Below are positions 18,524 through 21,494 of a stretch of 21,494 nucleotides of DNA, in pieces. Under the pieces are notes generated by a model. The model saw nothing but the letters and a program-made list of their open reading frames with translations. It was not told the DNA's origin and searched no databases. This DNA comes from Prasinococcaceae sp. CCMP 1430 (Eukaryota > Plantae > Prasinodermophyta): the NCBI GenBank assembly GCA_013416795.1, contig RQSC01000639.1, positions 1-21,494 on the forward strand, read 5' to 3'. Position 1 is the first letter of the stretch, and each line of letters begins with the position of its first letter. Position numbers and translations under genes: made by a program.

Positions 18524-18528
18524 TGTAA
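18524..18528 (+). terminator. TGTAA poly(A) signal of DDX24
   Basis: TGTAA 19 nt after the stop codon. Confidence 0.6.
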
Positions 18529-18839
18529 TACCTCATGTGAGAGGACGGACCTCGCAGCGATGAGCGACGAGCGTGCGGTGATCAGCGCGACCCCGACACA
18601 GTGCGCCGCACGCCGCGCTGCGGTGCACGACTGCGTCCAGCGCGCGCGAATTTATAATCGCTGCAAGCTGCGGATGCATTTGCATCTTCTTCCCGCAGCT
18701 CCTAACGAGCGTGCAGCTGTCTAGTAGGTAGCTGTTTTTCCTGTAGGTTGGTGGGTGTTGAAGGTTCTGACCGGCCCACGCCTGGGCGCACGCGCGTCGT
18801 CTGATTGGAAGTCTAAGGTGGGCGCTGCATGGAGACGCA

Positions 18840-20482
18840 CTACGGCCCAGGCGTCCGCAGATACTCCACGACGGCTTTCCTCTCCGGGGAAGTCACAGGG
18901 TAGTCATCTGGCAGCTCTTGGAGGGTGGCGTGCGTCGTCCGGCCCGCGACGACTGGCTCCCAGTTAGTAGGAGAAACCTGCGCTCGCGGGGGAATCACGT
19001 GGCGTCGGAGGGGTCCGCTCCCTTTGTCAGCGAGACGTCCACGGCCGCGCGCCGCGCCTCCATCTGAGTCCGTGAACCCACCTTAGTCCATACTTGTGGG
19101 CTCGGCGCGGGACTAGGAGTGGACGTACCCGGCTTGCCTGCACTCGCGGGAGGCTCCGGCGTCCCCTCCGGGGAGTTGTGCGAGGGAGACGGGCTCCGTC
19201 CCTTCCAGTCAGACTCATTCCCGACGGTGTTCACGTCTGGTGAGGTCTCCTCGAAAGCGGACTCGTCGTCCTCGTCCTCGCCCTCCTCGAACTCTGCGGC
19301 ATCCACGTCGGAGTAGGCGGCCCTGCGCGGCGAGAAATCGGGATGCGGAGAGTCCGCAATCGGCGGGGTGTCTGTGAAGTGGTACAAACACGAGGCGAAA
19401 ATCGCGTCAGCTCGCTCCGTGTTCGCTGCGAACGTGCGACAGCGCATGACAGAGCTGAGTAGCCACGCGCATTCTGATGCCCGAAGACGCGCGCGCGGCG
19501 AAAGTTGTTCTGCACGCGCATCCTTACCTGCCCAACCGCCCGACTGGGTGAATTGCGCGGCCGCGTCTGCCAGCCGGGCGTGGAAAGCGGCCTGCAACTC
19601 GAGGAAGTTGTGGGGGGCCTGCTGCAGCATTGGCACCACTGGGGGCGCGCACACGCCAGACGTTGCGCATGTGAGATAGTGGTCAGCAAGGCGCGGGCAT
19701 GGTTCTCGCGCGGATGTTCGGATGCACGCAGCGGCGCTGGCGCGCCTGCGTGCGCACATACCCGCTGCCTTGGACGTCTCCATCTCTCGCACCAGGTCAT
19801 CCTCGAGGCGGTCGAAGGCCTCGCCGCACTCCGCGAGCTTCTGCTTGCGCCTCAGTAGGTGGTCCTGAAGCTTCTCGAGGTAGCGAGCCTGCCGTTCGGT
19901 CATGCCCGCACCCTCGCCCTGGGCGCGCGCCGCATCGACCTTCGCCTGCGCCTTCGCCGCCTTGCGGCGATACGAGTCGAAGTCCAATCTGATGAGCTTG
20001 AGCTCCTCGATGCGCGATTCGGTGACCTTGGCGCACTGGGTGGCTGCCTGCAGGCCGGAGAAGACGGCGCCAGGCACCACGGTGACGGTCGTGGCGCGGC
20101 TGTGGCCCGACGTGACACTCGCGGGCGTCTCGGCCCCCTGCGAAAAGCGTATCACCTCGCGGTGCACGCGCGTCGAAAAGTCGTCCACGGCGGCCTTGAG
20201 GGCCAGTCCAACAGGCGAGTCCTCCGGAGGCGTGCGCCCCGCGGTCGCCGCCGTCTGCGGGGGGCACAGCGAGCGGCTCATGGCAATGGCATGGCGCCGA
20301 GCATGCGCGAGCGCCTCCTTCACCGTTGCGGTCAGATGCTGCGCCTCGCCCTCCAGGGACTTGAGTTCATCGTGCAACTCGAGCGTTGGGCCGATGTCGC
20401 TGAAGTCCGCGAGGCCCACGCCCTCGAGGCTCCGCTGGACGGTGTGCCGCTTCCCCTCCGTCCACCACGAGAACCACCCCAT
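18840..20482 (-). CDS. BAR-domain-like protein with an acidic/Pro-rich tail; proposed exons 20482-19762, 19638-19528, 19371-19082 and 18977-18840, 419 aa
   Basis: Helical segments RLDFDSYRRK, KLAECGEAFDRLEDDLVREM and FLELQAAFHARLA resemble BAR helices 2-3. There are three GT-AG introns with matching phases and CTGAC branch points (19761-19639, 19527-19372, 19081-18978). Confidence 0.65.
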
Positions 20483-21494
20483 GACGCTTCCGAGCTGCGG
20501 TGCAGGCCCGAGTCGCGCACCAATGCGCCGCTAGGCTGCCCACCGACGCCGCCCCAATGCACCAGCGCTGCGCGCGCGTGCGCGGCGGTAAAAAAAAAGC
20601 CGCGGCGGCGGTAGCAGCAAAAAAATGCGGCGACGCCCAACACCCCTCCGCGCCGTGCGCCACGCGCCCGACGACTTCCCCTGGCTCCCCGCGCAGCCCC
20701 CTCCCCTCCCCTTCCCCCTCTCCACCCCCCGATCACGAGGCCAGAGGCGCCCGCGCGCCGCGCGGCGCGATCCCTCCCCCCCCCCGGGGTCCCTGCGCAC
20801 CGACGCTGACCGCTGGCGCCATTTTTTGCACGCTCGCCCCGCGCCCCGCGCGCGACGTGTGGCGCACGCGCGGCGCGCACCGGCGTGACCGGGACGGCCC
20901 ACTCAAAAACGCGGCCGCGGCAAACCCCGCTGCCGGGGAGGACGGTGTGTGCGTGAGAGGGGGCGGGCCCCCACCAGCACCGCCATCAATCACATCGCAC
21001 GCGCACGAGCGCAGCGCGCGTGGCCCCGCCCCACGCCCACGCCCTACGCCCCACGGCTCACCCGCGCTGCGCACACTGCTGGCAGCCGACCCCCCCTCGC
21101 GCCCCGCCCCCTCACACACCGTGCGTGCGCCTTGCGCGGCTGCCAATGCCGAGGCGGCACGTCTGTGCCATCGTGACGGTGCAGTGCACACAGATGGATG
21201 GAGATGCGCCCAGGCGGCGGTATCACGCGCGCACGAGGGTGCCTCCCCCGCATGCCATGGGCCGCATCGAGCGCCCTCGTCAGAGAGCGTGCCTCACCGT
21301 CATCTCGGCGCGTGTGTCCTCCCCCTTTGGTTTTGGTCTTCGCGCCGGCGTTTCGCGGACGTCGCGCGATACCACGGCGGGCGGATTGGATATGCGAATC
21401 GCGCCGCGCCGCGTCGGGTGCGGTGCCTTGCGCGGCGTGTGGGGGCGAGGGCGCGTGGGGACGGACGGGTCCGCAAGGGCACACGGCGCGGCGC

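Noticed and set aside
815-19761. Introner-like (transposon-derived) introns
   Set aside because: The introns share no sequence beyond splice signals and show no terminal inverted repeats. The AG|GT at several junctions is the ordinary proto-splice site.
20483-21494. Possible gene in the last kilobase (ORF from ATG at about 21194, open to the window end)
   Set aside because: No recognisable motif or coding-like composition. It may be promoter or UTR sequence, or belong to a gene outside the window.
1-21494. tRNA, rRNA, CRISPR array, transposase, histone stem-loop or alternative genetic code
   Set aside because: TTCGA-type hits (e.g. near 80 and 13722) have no cloverleaf context. There is no repeat-spacer array, transposase motif or histone gene. 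TAA, TAG and TGA all serve as stops at conserved C-termini.

Overview
This is a gene-dense, very GC-rich (roughly 70% by eye) eukaryotic nuclear window with spliceosomal GT-AG introns and three assembly gaps (7819-7865, 12987, 15142-15638). It is most likely from an early-diverging, prasinophyte-grade green alga. That is an inference from TGTAA poly(A) signals, GTGCG-type donors, a plant FAd-like ATP synthase subunit, SLBP and CFAP300. I can support 14 protein-coding genes, in order: RPN8(+), TET/JBP-like 2OG-Fe(II) dioxygenase(+), CFAP300(-), FEN1(+), coiled-coil protein(-), small LRR protein(+), putative mitochondrial ATP synthase 24-kDa/FAd-like subunit(-), SLBP(-), THOC7(+), mitochondrial ferredoxin(-), TIL-domain protein(+), AOX(-), DDX24/MAK5 helicase(+) and a BAR-domain-like protein(-). 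I found no tRNA, rRNA, CRISPR array or transposon. The most notable items are the TET/JBP-like enzyme, a 10-Cys TIL domain (normally animal-type), a perfect palindromic E2F site upstream of FEN1, near-strict alternation of gene strands, and sense-strand G-tracts upstream of start codons. All homology calls come from motif recognition by eye; no database searches were run.
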